A stretch of DNA of 32,000 bases. Source: Wolbachia endosymbiont of Drosophila innubila (GTDB lineage: Bacteria; Pseudomonadota; Alphaproteobacteria; Rickettsiales; Anaplasmataceae). Both the position numbers and the translations under genes were made by a program. This document shows, in pieces, positions 18,651 through 28,415 of this stretch (its first letter is position 1; each line of letters opens with the position of its first letter). The notes beneath the pieces are model-generated. The model saw nothing but the letters and a program-made list of their open reading frames with translations, had not been told where the DNA came from and did not search any database. The stretch covers positions 330,001-362,000 of the forward strand of contig NZ_CP076228.1 in NCBI RefSeq assembly GCF_021378375.1. The letters are read 5' to 3'.

Positions 18651-19566
18651 GAGGTTGTCCGGAAACAAGTAAAAGGCTATAATATCTGAAATTTTAGTAC
18701 GGGGTAAAGATGAGAAAAAAGTATCCAACAGATCTAAGCGAAAGGGAATGGGCAAGAATAGAAAAACACTTCAGAGTATCATACAAGAAAGGAGGAAGGC
18801 TGCCAAAGTATAGCAAAAAAGAAATATTAGAAGCAATTTTCTATGTATTGCGTACAGGGTGTCAATGGCGGTATTTACCAAATGATTTTCCGCTATGGAA
18901 GACTGTGTATGAGCAGTTCAGGCAATGGAAGAAGCAGGGAATTTTTGAGAAAATGAATTATGAAATTACAAAATATAGTAGAAGAAAAATAGGAAAGAAT
19001 GAGCAGCCGAGTGCCTGTATAGTAGATAGTCAATCTGTAAAGACTACAGAAAAGGGGGGATCAAAGGCTATGATGGAAGTAAAAAAGTAAAGGGTAGAAA
19101 AAGGCATATAATTACAGACACTCAGGGTTTTATACTAGGTTGTTACGTAGGCGCTGCTAACGAAAATGATAGAGATGGTATTAAAATAGCATTAAACAAT
19201 ATGAGAACAAAAAATATACTAAAGTTAAAAAAATGGGCTGACATGGGATACCAAGGAAGAAATTTAAAGAATCACATAAAGGAAGAATATGACATAGATA
19301 TTGAAATTGTTAAAAGGCCTCCATGTAGATTTTGGGTGCACAAAGATACGCCACCTGAGCTACTACCAACAAGAGAACAAGGGTTTAAAGTACAGCCAAG
19401 AAGATGGGTTGTAGAAAGGACTTTTGCTTGGGTTAATAGGAATAGAAGGCTATCGAAGGAGTATGATTTACTCACAACATCCACTGAGAATTTCATATAC
19501 CTAGCTATGAGTAGGGTTATGTTAAAGAGGGAATATGCTTGAATTTACTTGTTTCCGGACAACCTC
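18651..19566 (+). mobile_element. IS5-family insertion sequence (ISWpi1-like), copy 2, 916 bp
   Basis: Same terminal inverted repeats as copy 1. TAA duplicated at 18648-18650 and 19567-19569. Opposite orientation to copy 1. Left end lies 31 bp upstream of the ankyrin gene start. Confidence 0.92.
18710..19542 (+). CDS. IS5-family DDE transposase, orfA-orfB joined by a putative programmed -1 frameshift
   Basis: orfA 18710-19090. Slippery heptamer A AAG GGG at 19051-19057. The -1 frame continues KGGIKGYDGSKKVKGRKRHIITDTQGF...NENDRDG...WADMGYQG to stop 19542. It differs from copy 1 by a +2/-2 indel pair that rewrites ~8 codons (KNILKLKKW vs KYTKVKKMW). Confidence 0.75.
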
Positions 19567-19877
19567 TAACTGATTTTTTTGTAATATATGATAATACTTG
19601 CGAATACTATCACATTATCAGGAAAAGTAATCGGGAGTACTGACGGCTGTGCCAACTAGCTTCTCTGCTAGCATTAGCAATATGTGTTTTCAGTATTAGC
19701 TGTGAAGACGTTAAAGAAAGTCATCAAACAGGCAGATTAGCAGCAAAACTTTACCTCAATTATGAAAATGTTTCAGTTGAGTCAGCTAAACAAATTTTCA
19801 GAATAGATATATTAAATACATAACCATTTTTACTTATATCTTAATATAATGTTTCTCAGTATCGTCTTTAACACAAT

Positions 19878-20771
19878 TCAATTTTCACACTCATCAGCAG
19901 TTAGGCCACTTGCTCGCAAAATAACATCAGTAGAAACACCCGCCTTCACTAGATTTTTCGCAACCTTGATCTTTTCTGTTTTTTTTACTTTCTCTTTGCT
20001 ATTCTTCATATCCCTAGATAAAAATTTCTTCACTAATTCTTGCTCTTCAGTTTTTCTTAGTAAATTAAGTAGTTCACTATCTTCATTTGTTTTAGGCAGC
20101 AGAACTTTAATATTCACTGATAATCCTTCTGCTATTTGATATAATTTGTCAAATGATATGGCAGTGTATCCTATTTCATACTCGTGTATTTCCTTGAGTG
20201 TTAAACCAACTTTATCCGCCAAATCTTTTTGAGTATATCTTCTTATTAGCCTCCATTCTCTTATTCTTTGCCCTATTCTGTAGTATATAGAATCAGTGCA
20301 GATTTCTCTCTCTTTATTATCATACTCGTAAATAGATAAGCCCGTTGCTTGGGAAATTATGTCAACTGAAACTCCTTCTTTAACTAGATTTTTTGCTACC
20401 TCTAATCTTGCCTCTTCTTGATTAATTTTCTCGCTAATATGAACAAACCTGACTAATGAAGGTACTATTTTGCCTAACTTTTGATTCTCGTATATTTTTG
20501 TTAAATAGAATATTTCTTCGTCTTCATCTTTATACTCTCTTACTACTACTGATTCAGGTAGTAGATCTGTAACACTAACCGATAGTTCTTTTGCTATTGT
20601 ATATAATACTTCAATTGGAATAGAAATATACCCATTTTCATAGCTGTTTACTTCTTTGTATGTTAAACCTATTTGGCTTGCTAATCCTATTTGAGTATGC
20701 CCTCGCATTAACCTACAATTTTCTATTTTTTGCCCTATTCCATAACTAACATTGCTTGCAGAAACAAACAT
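19878..20771 (-). CDS. Transcriptional regulator with two XRE/Cro-type HTH domains (internally duplicated)
   Basis: Two ~150-aa halves. Each has an HTH_XRE core (..RGHTQIGLASQIGLTYKEVNSYENG.. / ..RRYTQKDLADKVGLTLKEIHEYEIG..) followed by a ..VAKNLVK(E/A)GVS.D.I..A(T/S)GL.. module. Confidence 0.85.
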   Translation of the reverse strand: MFVSASNVSYGIGQKIENCRLMRGHTQIGLASQIGLTYKEVNSYENGYISIPIEVLYTIAKELSVSVTDLLPESVVVREYKDEDEEIFYLTKIYENQKLGKIVPSLVRFVHISEKINQEEARLEVAKNLVKEGVSVDIISQATGLSIYEYDNKEREICTDSIYYRIGQRIREWRLIRRYTQKDLADKVGLTLKEIHEYEIGYTAISFDKLYQIAEGLSVNIKVLLPKTNEDSELLNLLRKTEEQELVKKFLSRDMKNSKEKVKKTEKIKVAKNLVKAGVSTDVILRASGLTADECEN

Positions 20772-20820
20772 ATATCCTCCATTTAAGAAAAAAACTTTAT
20801 TGCTATAATTTTTTCACGAG

Positions 20821-21747
20821 CTACCCATCCAAAACTATATCAACAGGTAAACCTACTGCTTGCAAAATAATATCAATAGAAATTCCCCCTTTTACTAGAT
20901 CCTTTGCAACTTTAATCCTTTCTATCTCTCTCACTTTCTCCTCACAAATACGTATTCCCTCAAACAGAGATTTTATTAGTGCATTACGTAGTTCTTGGCT
21001 CTCAATTTCTTTGTATTCTTTAATTAAATCAGGTAGCTCATTTTCCACTCTACTACCTTCATCTTCCTCTGTTAGTAGATCTGTAATACTAATCGATAAT
21101 GCTTCTGCTATCTCATATAATTTTCCCAGTGGAGTAGCTACGCGTCCTTGTTCATAGTTGCTTATTTCGTCACGTGTTGTATTCATTTTCTCTGCTAAAT
21201 CCTTTTGAGTATACTCTCTCACTAGCCTCCATTCTTTTATCTTTTTTCCTATTTGGCAGTATATAGAACCAACTTTTTCTTCAATACATTCATCAGCAGG
21301 CAGACCAATTGTTTTTGCAACAATATCAACAGAAACTCCTGCTTTAACCAAACCCTTTGCAATTTTTATTTTTTCTGATTTTTTACTACTTTTTTCACTA
21401 ACTTTGACAAATTTAGTTAATAAACAAAACATCCTACGTAACTCCTGATCATTAATCTTTTTATATTCTCTTACTAGATTTAATATTTCTCCTTCCTCAT
21501 TTTTAAAGCCGATTTTCTCCTTTGATGCAGTAATGAGATCGGTAATACTTACTGACAATGCACCTGCTATAGCGTACAACCTTTTGATTGAAATTCTACG
21601 ATTCCCTTTCTCATATTGCAGTATTACCCAGTATTTTACACCAATTTTCTCAGCTAAATCTTTCTGAGTATACCCCCTCTCTAACCTCCAACTTTTCACT
21701 TTTTCCCCTACTTCATAGTCTAGAATTTTTTCCACGCAAAGAACCAT
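20821..21747 (-). CDS. Transcriptional regulator with two XRE/Cro-type HTH domains (paralog of 24005-24943)
   Basis: RGYTQKDLAEKIGVKYWVILQYEKG and REYTQKDLAEKMNTTRDEISNYEQG cores. Each is followed by an EYK.I..QELR segment and IK(I/V)AK.LVK.G(V/I)S(V/I)DI. Confidence 0.85.
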   Translation of the reverse strand: MVLCVEKILDYEVGEKVKSWRLERGYTQKDLAEKIGVKYWVILQYEKGNRRISIKRLYAIAGALSVSITDLITASKEKIGFKNEEGEILNLVREYKKINDQELRRMFCLLTKFVKVSEKSSKKSEKIKIAKGLVKAGVSVDIVAKTIGLPADECIEEKVGSIYCQIGKKIKEWRLVREYTQKDLAEKMNTTRDEISNYEQGRVATPLGKLYEIAEALSISITDLLTEEDEGSRVENELPDLIKEYKEIESQELRNALIKSLFEGIRICEEKVREIERIKVAKDLVKGGISIDIILQAVGLPVDIVLDG

Positions 21748-21822
21748 ACATATAATATTTTCTACTATAGCTCAAAGGCTCCAGATATAATAGCCAGACT
21801 CTGGAACCTTTAAATTGATGAA

Positions 21823-23061
21823 TTAAAGTGCCCTACAAGTTTCTTTACTATTTTCACGTACTTTGTCTGCCCATGAAAACAATTTTTCACTTACTTCCTT
21901 CTGCTTTTCACTCCATATGCCGCACCTAGTGAAATTACCTCTCTCTACTGCTTCTTTAAGTTTTACTCCTCCAAAGAGACAGTTTTTTCCTATTTCTTCT
22001 CCTATTTTTTGTAATTCAGCCCACATTTCCTTGTTTTCTACTCTCAATTGTACTTGATCATATTTTTTTACATCGTGGTACAATATAATATTTAGCTTAC
22101 CAATGCTTGTAGGAAATTCTAATATAATAGAGCTTTCATCTGACATATCGATATAGTTTCTTATACCTTCCTTCTCACTTTTAACCTCAACTGCATCATT
22201 GCCAATTTTTAAAATATTACTTCCTAATTCTCTCAGTATTTTGGCTACCTCTACCTTGCTATCATCAGAAAATTCTATATACGATGTTGTATTATCTATC
22301 TCAACATCTATTAATTCTCCTTCTTGCACAGCACTTTCACCAGCCTTCTCTAGTTCTTCTAGTCTCTTATCTATCTGTGGCTGAACTTCTGGCTGTAGCT
22401 CATTATAGATTTCACCTATTAGTTTATTCTGCAATAAAGTATCATGAAAATCTGCACCACTTAGCATTAATTTACGCATTATCTTTTTTCGATCAGTCTT
22501 ATCAAATTTATGAAAATGTGTACCCAATACTACATACTCTGCAATGCTCCATTCCCCATCGTTATATGCATTTATTCTTGCTCCAGAGGCTAGTACTTGG
22601 TCTATAGTTTTGTGCAATTCATTTATGTTCTTTGCCTCTACCACAGCACTCTTAAACCAGCTCAACTTTTCACTTTCGCTTGCACTTGGCTTTATTTTTT
22701 GCAAAGATGAAGCAAATGGGTTTAACATTTCCGGATAATCTGCTTGATCGCTCACAGGTTTTGTGCCATATATGTAATCAAGTCCTTTTCCGTAGTTGAT
22801 TTTGTTTTCGCGAACGTTTTTGCTAGGAAAAGGCACCTCTCCAAGCTTTTTAGCCTTATTAATTTTGCTTACAAAGCTATTACAACTAAGACCACTTAAT
22901 ATTCCCGACTTATCGCTTGTAGAAGTGAGTTGCTGGCTAGTACGACCAATTCCTACAATAGCATTTAACATCTCACCTTTTGATAATTTATCAAGATCAA
23001 CGTTTAACTCATAGATGCCTCCTTCCTTATCACCAAAAGGTACAATTATTTTATTAACCAT
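21823..23061 (-). CDS. Hypothetical protein, 412 aa, acidic, no family recognised; central degenerate ankyrin-like stretch
   Basis: Long uninterrupted ORF co-directional with its neighbours. Residues ~150-215 (IDQVLASGARINAYNDGEWSIAEYVV...MRKLMLSGADFHDTL) look like two weak ANK repeats. No TM segment or signal peptide seen. Confidence 0.6.
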   Translation of the reverse strand: MVNKIIVPFGDKEGGIYELNVDLDKLSKGEMLNAIVGIGRTSQQLTSTSDKSGILSGLSCNSFVSKINKAKKLGEVPFPSKNVRENKINYGKGLDYIYGTKPVSDQADYPEMLNPFASSLQKIKPSASESEKLSWFKSAVVEAKNINELHKTIDQVLASGARINAYNDGEWSIAEYVVLGTHFHKFDKTDRKKIMRKLMLSGADFHDTLLQNKLIGEIYNELQPEVQPQIDKRLEELEKAGESAVQEGELIDVEIDNTTSYIEFSDDSKVEVAKILRELGSNILKIGNDAVEVKSEKEGIRNYIDMSDESSIILEFPTSIGKLNIILYHDVKKYDQVQLRVENKEMWAELQKIGEEIGKNCLFGGVKLKEAVERGNFTRCGIWSEKQKEVSEKLFSWADKVRENSKETCRAL

Positions 23062-23177
23062 ATTAGCCTCCGCTATTAAATATACTTTCTAAGTGTATAA
23101 CGAACTTTATTACTCAGTTGTTATACACTATATTACTTATTATAAATTATAGTGAGTAGATTTGCAAATATTTTCTG

Positions 23178-23834
23178 CTATAACAATCCACTTTCCTTAA
23201 AACTAAAATAGCCCCCACTTGTGATGATAATGTGGTCAAACAATTTAACGCTTACAGTACTACACGCTGCTGCTAGGCTCTTTGTTACTGCTTGATCTTC
23301 TTCTGACGGCTCTAAACTTCCTCCAGGGTGGTTGTGTGACATTATTATTAATGTTGCATTTTTTATTAATGCTTTTCTTATAATCTCCTTTATGTACACC
23401 GGTGCTTTTTCCATTTCACCAATATAGGATTCTTCTCCAACTAATTGGCGCCTTTTATTCAAGTACAGTATTTTTACACATTCCCTTTCTGAGTGGCCTA
23501 TACTTACGTTCAAGTACTCTACTAGCCCTTGTAAGTCCATTATTGGCTCTCCCTTGAGCTTTTCTCTCAGCACCCTTTCTAGTGTTTCCTTAACACACAT
23601 AATCATTGCTACTGCAGAATCAGTTACTCCTTCTATAACTTTCAGATCATCCATTTCTCTACCTAAAATCCTTCCTACTCCTGCATAAGTATGCACCAGA
23701 TTTTTAGCAATTTCTTGAGCTTGTGGCCTTTCATGTACTGCACTTAGAAATGTTTCCATTATTTCACGATCAAGTAGAGCTTTGCCTTTGCTTTCTAATA
23801 TTCTGAATTCTATTTCTTCTTTACTTTTATTCAT
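23178..23834 (-). CDS. radC: RadC-like JAB/MPN-domain protein (DUF2466 family)
   Basis: 218 aa with an N-terminal HhH-like region and a C-terminal JAMM-type motif ...E(x)n...MSHNHPGGSLEPSEEDQAVT. Confidence 0.9.
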   Translation of the reverse strand: MNKSKEEIEFRILESKGKALLDREIMETFLSAVHERPQAQEIAKNLVHTYAGVGRILGREMDDLKVIEGVTDSAVAMIMCVKETLERVLREKLKGEPIMDLQGLVEYLNVSIGHSERECVKILYLNKRRQLVGEESYIGEMEKAPVYIKEIIRKALIKNATLIIMSHNHPGGSLEPSEEDQAVTKSLAAACSTVSVKLFDHIIITSGGYFSFKESGLL

Positions 23835-24004
23835 ATAATTTACCCTTCACTAACAACAAACTTTTTTTAGATATTTACTGCTGTTTTCTTATCAGCATTG
23901 GCATAAAGCCATAGCTTTTGCGTGAAGTCAAATCAATTTTTAAATCTTTTTTACTTATTTTTTTATCAAAAAGTAAAGATATTAATATATAATGATTTTT
24001 TATT

Positions 24005-24943
24005 TTAAACTTGTTGAATTTCGTCCAAAGAGAGGCCTGTTATTTGCAAAATAATATCGGTAGAAATTCCTTTTTTAACTAAATCTTTTGCAATTTTCAT
24101 CTTTTCTGCTCTTTTCACTTTCTCTTCGTAAATTTGTATGCCTTCAAGCAGAGATTTTATTAGCACATACCGTAATTCTTGACTCTCAATTTCTTTGTAT
24201 TCTTCAATTAAATTCGGTAATTCATTTTCCACTTTATCATCTGCATCCTCTGTTAGTTCAAGTAGGTCCATGATATTAATCGATAATGTTTCCGCTATTG
24301 CATACAATTTTTCCAGTGGAATAGCCACACGTCCTTGTTCATAGTTGCTTATTTCGTCACGTGTTGTACTCATTTTCTCTGCTAAATCTTTTTGAGTATA
24401 CCCTCTCACTATCCTCCACTCTTTTATCTTCTTTCCTATTTTGCAGTATATAGAACCAACCTTTTCTTCAACACACTCATCAGCAGAGAGACCTATTGTT
24501 TTCGAGACAATATCGATAGAAATTCCTTCTTTAACTAGACCCTTTGCAATTTTTATTCTCTCTGTTTTTTTACTATTTTCTTCACCAACTCGGGCAAATT
24601 TGGTTAATAAGCAAAATACCTTACGTAACTCCTGACCGCTAATCTTTTTATATTCTCTTATTAAATTTAGTATCTCTTCTTCTTTATTTTCAAGATAGAT
24701 TTTCTCATTTGATACAGGAATGAGATCCACAATACTTACTGACAATGCTTCCGCTATAGCGTACAATTTCTCAATCGAAATTTTTCGTGTTCCTTTTTCA
24801 TATTGTAGTACTATTTGATATGTTACGCCGATTTTTCCCGCTAAATCTTTTTGAGTATATCTCTTCGCTAATCTACGATTTCTTACTTCCTGTCCTATTG
24901 CTTTGTAGTCTAAAAAGCTAGAGCAGTTATTCTCTTTTCTCAC
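24005..24943 (-). CDS. Transcriptional regulator with two XRE/Cro-type HTH domains (paralog of 20821-21747)
   Basis: KRYTQKDLAGKIGVTYQIVLQYEKG and RGYTQKDLAEKMSTTRDEISNYEQG cores, with the same two-half architecture. Roughly three quarters identical to the 308-aa paralog by eye. Confidence 0.85.
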   Translation of the reverse strand: MRKENNCSSFLDYKAIGQEVRNRRLAKRYTQKDLAGKIGVTYQIVLQYEKGTRKISIEKLYAIAEALSVSIVDLIPVSNEKIYLENKEEEILNLIREYKKISGQELRKVFCLLTKFARVGEENSKKTERIKIAKGLVKEGISIDIVSKTIGLSADECVEEKVGSIYCKIGKKIKEWRIVRGYTQKDLAEKMSTTRDEISNYEQGRVAIPLEKLYAIAETLSINIMDLLELTEDADDKVENELPNLIEEYKEIESQELRYVLIKSLLEGIQIYEEKVKRAEKMKIAKDLVKKGISTDIILQITGLSLDEIQQV

Positions 24944-25011
24944 ATCTTATACTTCATAATCAGAAGAACTATTACGTATACTTAATTGGGAACCTTTTTG
25001 ACAAACTGAAT

Positions 25012-26193
25012 TCATCTCCTTTCAAACAATTTTTCTATATCACTTAGTTTCATTTCTATGTAAGTTGGTCTTCCATGGTTGCATTGCCCAGCATACGGTG
25101 TTTCTTCCATTCGTCTCAGTAGCTCATTCATTTCCTCTAACTTCATTTTTCTCCCTGCTCGAATCGATCCATGACACGCGACCGTGGCCAGCATTTTGTT
25201 CACCTTATCCTCTATTGGCAACATATCTTCCATTTCTGTTAATCTATCTACTACTTCAATTAGCATCTCTTTTATATCTATTGTTCCCAAGATTGCAGGT
25301 ATTTCTTTCACCCTTACTTTATCTTCTGATTCTATTTCAATACCAAAACCCATTTCAAAAAGCTTATCTTTATACATTTCAACCATCTCCATTCCTGCTT
25401 GGTTTTTAATCTCAACTATTTCAGGAAGAAGAAGCTTTTGCCTTTTTATGCTTGATTTTTGTTTTAAGCACTCATAGATCAACCTCTCATGGGCTGCGTG
25501 CTGGTCTACTATAATTAATTTGCCTTTAGCCTCAGCAATAATGTAAGTATTGTAGACCTGACAGCGTGCATATCCTAGAGGATAATCCTCTATAAAATCA
25601 ATTTGCTCCCTTTCTAGGGCAATAGTCTCCGCTTGTAGTAGGAATCTCTGTGTATCAGTATAGTCAAATGATTCTGACCGTTCTGATAAGCCTTTTTCTC
25701 CTGCATTTGGCAAGTTGAATTCTTTCATTAGCTGATTCTCAAAAGGACTTGGCCTCCTTCCGTAAAATTCTTTTTGACCCTTTACTTCTCTGCTTTTTCC
25801 ATTATTAACACACTCATTATTCCTTTGACTTTCACTAACATCAAAAGGTGAACCACTCAGTTCTTCTCCAATACCTTGACACCTAGATCCATTAATATCA
25901 CTCACTGAAGAGGTACCTATTCTCATTAACAACGCTTTTATTATCCCTCTTCTCACTATTTCATATATTAACCTTTTATTCTGAAATCTTACTTCTGATT
26001 TATTTGGATGCACATTTACATCTACTTGATCGTATGGTATACCTAAGTGCAGCACTGCAAAAGGATACCTCCCACTTGGAATAAAATCTTGATACGCATA
26101 TCGAATTGCACCAATAAGTAGATTATCCTTGATTGGCCTTCCATTAACAAACGTATAGATCTGAGTTGACTTACCGCGGTTGATAGTTGGTTT
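25012..26193 (-). pseudogene. mutL: DNA mismatch repair protein MutL, 5'-truncated (C-terminal ~394 codons only; GHKL ATPase domain missing)
   Basis: The frame is open from 26193: [70 protein letters not shown], then [12 protein letters not shown] (endonuclease motif) and [11 protein letters not shown]. MutL similarity ends one base before the intron 5' end. Confidence 0.9.
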
Positions 26194-26823
26194 GGTGCGA
26201 CCTGAAAGCCTTCGGTCATATTGTTTATAAAAGGAGAGGAATTCATTCAGAAAGAAACTGAAAGGATTCTAAAGCTTATTGAGCCAGATGTTTTGCCATC
26301 TGAGTCTACGCATCAGTGCGAATTGGGTAACCAGTTGGTGCCGAGCGACGCGGACAATGAACCTCCTCTTGATAAAGAAGATGCTCAATCGTGAGAGAAA
26401 GCATAAACTACAAGCATCATGTGGTTGGAGGGCTAGGCTTAGTGGTATGGTGAACGTAAGTGAAGCTTCATAAGTATCGTAACGATTAAAGAGCTAAAGA
26501 TGCTGATAAGCTCCGACCAAAAGGTAATGTGACATTTTTCATTTCTGGATGTACGCAAATAATAATTCCACCGGTATAGAGAAGCCACCTAACCCACTAT
26601 TGTATGACAAAAGGAACAGGATAAGCCTGTATTTTCGCCTATATGGCAGGCAACCCGCAAGGAATGCTGATGGATGTGCAGGTAAAGGATAATGGAGAAA
26701 GCGAATGCCATTTTGTAACGAAATGGATAGAATTTGTAACATTAATTCGCGTGAAAACGAGCAGACTTCCATTTGGTCCTTCATGACAAGAAACTTTGTT
26801 AACCACTTAAGGTAGGAAAGCAG

Positions 26824-28371
26824 ATGATTACAAGTACAACTGTAAGTGCACCTACCAATAACTCCGAAGCATGGAACCAGTTACCCTGGAAGAAATGCCA
26901 AAAAGTTGTTATGAGGCTACAGAGGCGTATTGTTAAGGCTGTCCAACAAGGCAGATGGGGTAAGGTGAAAACTTTACAACACCTTCTCACACGCTCTTTT
27001 AGCGGCAAAGCTTTGGCGGTTAAGAGAGTAACTGAAAACCAAGGAAAAAACACAGCAGGTGTAGATCGTCAAATATGGTCAACTTGCAACACAAAATTTC
27101 AAGGAATAAAGCTATTAAAACAAAGAGGATACAAACCTTCTCCGCTAAAACGGATATACATCAGTAAGTCTAATGGCAAAAGAAGACCTCTTGGAATCCC
27201 TACGATAAAAGATAGAGCCATGCAAGCATTATACTTGTTTGCTTTGGAACCGATAGCTGAAACGATCAGTGATCGTCACTCTTATGGTTTTAGACCAAAA
27301 AGATCCTGCGCAGACGCTACTGTGGCTTGCCACTTGTTACTGGCAAGCCGTAACCAACTACAATGGATACTCGAAGGTGATATTAAAGGGTGTTTTGATA
27401 ACATTAACCATGAATGGCTCATGAAGCATATTCCTATGGAGAAGAAAATTCTTCATAGCTGGTTAAAAGCTGGCTTCCTAGAATCAAAAACTCTGTATTC
27501 CACAACTGCAGGTACCCCACAAGGTAGTATCATCTCTCCAATACTAGCAAATCTAGCCCTAAATGGACTTGAAAAATCATTGGAAAGTCAATTTGGTAAA
27601 CTTGGCAGTAAAAGAAGAAGCAAAATCAGAAGTGGAGTAAATGTAATCAGGTACGCAGATGACTTTATCATTTCAGGAATCACACGTGAAGTACTGGAAA
27701 ATGAAGTAAAACCTCTAGTATCGTCCTTTCTTCAGGAGAGAGGTCTTATCCTTTCCGAAGAGAAAACAAAAATTACATCTATTACAACAGGGTTTGACTT
27801 TCTTGGTTGTAATGTACGCAGGTATAATAAGAAGTTAATTATAAAACCTTCAAAAGAAAGTATTAAGAAACTTCTTAATAAAGCACGTACATTGATAAAG
27901 GCAAACATAGCGAACACTCAGGCCGTACTAATCAAGTTGCTCAATTCCCTATTAAGGGGATGGGAAAATTACTACAGCCATGTGTGTGCGAAAAGAGCTT
28001 TTAACAAAATAGACCATGAAATTATGTGTGCTCTATGGAAATGGGCAAAGAAAAGACATCCTCGTAAAGGATTACGTTGGATAAAGAATCGTTACTTCAA
28101 GGTAATGAAACAACGCCAATGGGTCTTTGCTGCACCCATATGCAAGAACAAACCGAAAGAGATAAGGTATTTAAGACTGCTTAGGTTGATTGATATACCT
28201 ATCAGACGACATGTTAAAATCAGGGCGGATGCAAATCCACTTGACTTAAAATGGAAAAAGTATTTTGATGAAAGAGTGAAACAAACAAAAATGTTAGCAA
28301 GCTCTTTCTCAAGAGAAGGTTCTCTGCTGTTGGTGTCACCATTAAGAATGATGTTTTCTGAGGAATCATGA
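26824..28371 (+). CDS. Group II intron reverse transcriptase/maturase (no HNH endonuclease domain evident)
   Basis: 515 aa with RT motifs RRPLGIPTIKDRAMQ, ILEGDIKGCFDNINH, TPQGSIISPILANLAL, IRYADDFII and FDFLGCNV, plus maturase/X motif RGWENYY. The C-terminal tail lacks Cys/His HNH spacing. Confidence 0.95.
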   Translation: MITSTTVSAPTNNSEAWNQLPWKKCQKVVMRLQRRIVKAVQQGRWGKVKTLQHLLTRSFSGKALAVKRVTENQGKNTAGVDRQIWSTCNTKFQGIKLLKQRGYKPSPLKRIYISKSNGKRRPLGIPTIKDRAMQALYLFALEPIAETISDRHSYGFRPKRSCADATVACHLLLASRNQLQWILEGDIKGCFDNINHEWLMKHIPMEKKILHSWLKAGFLESKTLYSTTAGTPQGSIISPILANLALNGLEKSLESQFGKLGSKRRSKIRSGVNVIRYADDFIISGITREVLENEVKPLVSSFLQERGLILSEEKTKITSITTGFDFLGCNVRRYNKKLIIKPSKESIKKLLNKARTLIKANIANTQAVLIKLLNSLLRGWENYYSHVCAKRAFNKIDHEIMCALWKWAKKRHPRKGLRWIKNRYFKVMKQRQWVFAAPICKNKPKEIRYLRLLRLIDIPIRRHVKIRADANPLDLKWKKYFDERVKQTKMLASSFSREGSLLLVSPLRMMFSEES

Positions 28372-28415
28372 AGGACAAGCCGGTTCGAGAAAAGAAGGAC
28401 TTAGATAAGGGGCTC

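Noticed and set aside
12696-19566. Composite transposon formed by the two IS copies
   Set aside because: Copy 1 is a simple insertion inside a gene whose two halves remain collinear and in frame. The bracketed segment contains the essential secA. There is no outer shared target duplication beyond the TAA that every insertion of this IS makes.
19647-19823. 58-codon lipoprotein-like ORF (..LASLLALAICVFSISC|EDVKESHQ..) just right of IS copy 2
   Set aside because: It has a lipobox-like SISC and a hydrophobic stretch, but no ATG/GTG/TTG start and no positively charged n-region. An in-frame TGA sits two codons upstream. It is probably a remnant, and too weak to call.
21863-23014. Several 61-107-aa plus-strand ORFs (21863-22057, 22199-22384, 22284-22607, 22544-22738, 22796-23014)
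   Set aside because: All are antisense within the 412-aa minus-strand ORF. Their Ser/Leu/Phe-rich composition is typical of shadow frames.
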